A DNA stretch of 64,000 bases from Gammaproteobacteria bacterium (GTDB lineage Bacteria; Pseudomonadota; Gammaproteobacteria; CBDBNL01; JAAOII01), in NCBI GenBank assembly GCA_965209035.1, contig OZ242372.1:1728001-1792000 (forward strand), written 5' to 3'. The notes under the pieces were generated by a model. The model did not search any database, was not told where the DNA came from, and was given only the letters and a program-made list of their open reading frames with translations. Position numbers and translations under genes: made by a program. Positions within the stretch are counted from its first letter, which is position 1. Each line of letters opens with the position of its first letter. Below are positions 60,925-64,000 of this stretch, piece by piece.

Positions 60925-61698
60925 ATGAAAAAAGGTTTTCGTTTTTGGAGGTACTTGGGCGACGAACGAGAGCAATCCGGCGGGGCGGGATTGCCTATCC
61001 TGATGATGCTGGTGACCTTAATTTTTTTCTCCTGGTGGATTTTGACGGATTTTGCCGCTAATCAAGAAGAGCGTATTTTTATTAACGCAGACCTGACCCG
61101 GAGCGAACAAAACCGAGTTGCAAGCTCCTTGACCAATAAAAAAAACACGGCAAGGATTCGCGCGGAACTGACGGCACTCACTTGGGTGGAATCCGTGCGG
61201 GTTCGTAAAAATATGGGGGGAGATATTTTGATCCGTGTGGTTACCGAAAAAGTGGTTGCGTATCTTCCCGAAGTGGGTTACTATCTTGCCAACGGGCAAT
61301 TTTTAACCAAGGTTTCGGATGAAAAGAATCTTCAAAAAAGACATGTACCGCTTGTCAAAATGCATACGGATGAAAAAAAATCTCCGACACTGGATCCGAA
61401 AAAATTTGAAATCATTTTGCCGCAACTGGCGAGAGTGTTTGACGAGTATAAAATTGTCCCAACCGAATACAGAATTGGTCGCAGCGGTGATTTGCGGGTG
61501 TCGTTGCGAAACGGTCCGGAATTGGTGTTTGGCACCCGTTCTCACAGGGAACGGTTAAGGGTGCTGCACAGATTTCTGGCAGAGTATCGGCGGGACATAC
61601 GAAACATCCGACACATAGATTTGCGTTATGAAAACGCCCTGGCGGTTAATTGGAAGGGACAGGTTGCCCGGCAACACAAAGCATCCGCGCAACATTAA
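60925..61698 (+). CDS. ftsQ: Cell division protein FtsQ (divergent)
   Basis: TM segment, POTRA-like WVESVRVRK, C-terminal IDLRYENALAV.W; lies before ftsA. Confidence 0.8.
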   Translation: MKKGFRFWRYLGDEREQSGGAGLPILMMLVTLIFFSWWILTDFAANQEERIFINADLTRSEQNRVASSLTNKKNTARIRAELTALTWVESVRVRKNMGGDILIRVVTEKVVAYLPEVGYYLANGQFLTKVSDEKNLQKRHVPLVKMHTDEKKSPTLDPKKFEIILPQLARVFDEYKIVPTEYRIGRSGDLRVSLRNGPELVFGTRSHRERLRVLHRFLAEYRRDIRNIRHIDLRYENALAVNWKGQVARQHKASAQH

Positions 61699-61699
61699 T

Positions 61700-62941
61700 A
61701 TGCACAAGGAAAATATTGTTGCCTCGCTGGATGTGGGAACCAGCATGGCGCGTGTTTTGATTGGCGCCATGCAAAACAGCGGCAATGCCAAGATTTTGGG
61801 ATTGGGGCAATCCGAGTGCACCGGCTTGGAGCAGGGGGCGGTGGTGGATATCAGTGCCACCGAGGAGAGCATTCGTAAGGCGGTGCAAGATGCGCAGCTC
61901 ACCGCCGGCTACCGTATTTCAAATGTTTACTTGGGGACAGGCGGCAGCCATATTTCCGGTCGCAGTTCTCAGGGCGGAACGGCCATTAAGAATCGCGAGG
62001 TTTCCAAGACGGATGTGGAAGAAGCCATCGCCGCCGCCAAAGCCATGGCCTTCCCGCGCGACGAGATGTTGCTGCATGCCTTGCCACAAAGTTTTAGTGT
62101 GGACAGACAAACGAGAGTACGCAAACCGCTTGGCATGAGCGGCGAAAGGCTGGATGTTCAAGCATACCTGATTAGCGGTCTGACCAACCTGTTGCATAAC
62201 CTGCAAAAGTGTGTCGCTCGTTGCCAACTGGGTGTGGAGCGTATGATCGTCGAGCAGATTGCCGACAGCCAGGCGGTGCTCGGCCCGGATGAGTTGGATG
62301 CGGGTGTTTGCTTGGTTAATATCGGCGCGGGAAGCACGAAGATTGCCGTATTCAGAGACGGCGTGCCAATTTTCATGGCAACCGGCGACATGGGCGGTTC
62401 CACGGTCACCAACGATCTTGCGGCCGCTCTGCGCATCCCGTCGCGTCTTGCCGAAGAACAAAAGCGAAGATACGGTTGTGCCATGGCGGCGCGCGTCCCC
62501 GAGGATAATCTGGTGCGGTTTATTAGAATTGACAAGCGTGAGAAACAGGTGGTTTCCGGTCAAACACTTGCCAGTTTCATTCAGCCGCGTTACGAAGAGA
62601 TTTTAAATCTGGTGAACGAACAGATCACCGCCCAAAATGTAAAAGAAAAAATTTCCTCCGGCTTGGTTTTTGTCGGCGGCGGCGGCGGCATAGAAGGGCT
62701 AACGGATTTGGCATCCGAGATTTTACACATGAGTGCGCGTCGGGGAAACCCGATGAACATAGAAGACGAACCGATTATCCAAGGCAGTCCGCAATGGACA
62801 ACCGCGGTCGGGCTGTTATTGTTCGGGTTGCGGGAAAAAATGAATGTGCGAGATGAAGACGGTTTTTTTGTAAATCATAGTTTATCCGGGAAGTGGATTC
62901 GGTTTGACCGAATTTACGATTGGATAGGCAAAAACTTTTAA
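61700..62941 (+). CDS. ftsA: Cell division protein FtsA
   Basis: LDVGTS, G.VVDI, NIGAGST, T.DLA, GGG, TAVGLL; ATG at 61700. Confidence 0.94.
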   Translation: MHKENIVASLDVGTSMARVLIGAMQNSGNAKILGLGQSECTGLEQGAVVDISATEESIRKAVQDAQLTAGYRISNVYLGTGGSHISGRSSQGGTAIKNREVSKTDVEEAIAAAKAMAFPRDEMLLHALPQSFSVDRQTRVRKPLGMSGERLDVQAYLISGLTNLLHNLQKCVARCQLGVERMIVEQIADSQAVLGPDELDAGVCLVNIGAGSTKIAVFRDGVPIFMATGDMGGSTVTNDLAAALRIPSRLAEEQKRRYGCAMAARVPEDNLVRFIRIDKREKQVVSGQTLASFIQPRYEEILNLVNEQITAQNVKEKISSGLVFVGGGGGIEGLTDLASEILHMSARRGNPMNIEDEPIIQGSPQWTTAVGLLLFGLREKMNVRDEDGFFVNHSLSGKWIRFDRIYDWIGKNF

Positions 62942-62965
62942 GTAAACTAGAAAAATAAAACAATC

Positions 62966-64000
62966 ATGAAAGAAGATATATTCACTAATCAAATAATGCC
63001 CCTTGAAACCGCGAATATCGTGGTGATGGGGGTAGGCGGCGGCGGTTGCAATGCCGTCCAATATATGGTGTCCGACAAGATAGACAATGTGAGTTTCGTT
63101 TGTGTCAACACAGATGTGAAGGATCTGACAAAAGTCAACGGTCCGAAACAACTTGCAATTGGAACGGACTTGACGAAAGGACTCGGTGCCGGCGGGGACC
63201 CGATGCGCGGTCGCGAAGCTGCCATGGAAAGCAAGGAGGAACTTTACGCCGAACTGGAAGGCGCCGATATGCTGTTTATTGCGGCCGGCATGGGCGGCGG
63301 CACCGGAACGGGAGGCGCCCCTGTTATTGCTGAAATTGCAAAAGAACTTGGCGTATTGACGGTTGCGGTTGTATCCAAACCCTTTGAGTTTGAAGGCAAC
63401 AAGCGATCCGATCTGGCGCAAAAAGGATTGGAGCAACTGGAAAAGTATGCGGATTCTTTGATCGTTATACCGAATGAGAAATTGGTTGAAAAGTATGGAA
63501 CCGGGACATCGCTGTTGGACGCATTTGCCGCGGCCAATTCTATTCTGGCAAATGCCGTGCGCGGCATCGCCGACCTGATTACCAAGCCAGGTTTGATCAA
63601 TGTGGATTTTGCCGATGTCAAGTCCGTGATGTCCGAAATGGGCATGGCGGTCATGGGCAGCGGTTATTCCAACGAGGAAAATGCCGCCCTCAAGGCGGTG
63701 GAACAAGCCATGTGCAGTCCGTTGTTGGATAATATTGCGTTGCAGAATGCGAAAGGGATGCTGGTGAATGTAACCGGCAACGCAAATCTTTCTTTACGGG
63801 ACTTTCAGCAAGTGGGCGAGCGTGCCAAAAGTTGCGCTTCCAAGGATGCCAAAATCTTTATCGGCACAACCATCGATCCCGAAATGGAAGATGCCGTGCG
63901 TGTCACTATCGTGGCCGCCGGCCTGGAACAAAAGAATGTCAATTTTCGGGTGCATGAAAAAGAAGGAGAGGTTCATCGCGATACGAGCGACTTGAATACA
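62966..64000 (+). CDS. ftsZ: Cell division protein FtsZ (3'-truncated by window; not in the ORF track)
   Basis: Hand translation: MKEDIF...GVGGGGCNAV...NTD...GLGAG...AGMGGGTGTG...PFEFEG...INVDFADV. Confidence 0.97.
   Translation, partial: MKEDIFTNQIMPLETANIVVMGVGGGGCNAVQYMVSDKIDNVSFVCVNTDVKDLTKVNGPKQLAIGTDLTKGLGAGGDPMRGREAAMESKEELYAELEGADMLFIAAGMGGGTGTGGAPVIAEIAKELGVLTVAVVSKPFEFEGNKRSDLAQKGLEQLEKYADSLIVIPNEKLVEKYGTGTSLLDAFAAANSILANAVRGIADLITKPGLINVDFADVKSVMSEMGMAVMGSGYSNEENAALKAVEQAMCSPLLDNIALQNAKGMLVNVTGNANLSLRDFQQVGERAKSCASKDAKIFIGTTIDPEMEDAVRVTIVAAGLEQKNVNFRVHEKEGEVHRDTSDLNT

Noticed and set aside
62882-63706. 274-aa minus-strand ORF
   Set aside because: Antisense shadow of ftsZ, which is open on the plus strand from 62966.

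Overview
64-kb stretch of a bacterial chromosome. atpE/atpA, the dcw cluster, yejAB, bepA, waaA and fimV point to a Gammaproteobacterium; a host-associated lifestyle is an inference only. Most of the window is housekeeping: nfuA, gltX, mltD, yejAB, dcd, apbC, addA-like helicase-nuclease, atpBEFHAG, tRNA-Arg(CCG), bepA, rpmF-fabDG-acpP-fabF-mltG-tmk-holB, manC, ftsK, waaA, leuDB-asd-fimV, and mraZ to ftsZ. Many of these operons lack usual members here (atpI, atpDC, yejEF, leuC, plsX/fabH, pabC, truA, ddl, addB). The accessory content is the most interesting part. (i) Three GLUG-repeat surface proteins: a partial one, a 796-aa FN3-GLUG lipoprotein and a 2059-aa cadherin-like-GLUG lipoprotein. 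They share a Trp/Cys-containing C-terminal module; the two complete ones have 85-92-aa leaders before the lipobox, and the giant one is rich in N-X-S/T sequons (about 40 by hand count). (ii) An AT-rich Dam-family methyltransferase followed by a truncated second MTase, probably a decayed Type IIS RM locus. (iii) A 78-bp hairpin-forming element present twice, each time upstream of an accessory gene. (iv) Many short tandem duplications inside core proteins and at gene starts/stops. No CRISPR array, transposase or prophage was seen. All assignments are from motif recognition by eye; no database searches were run.
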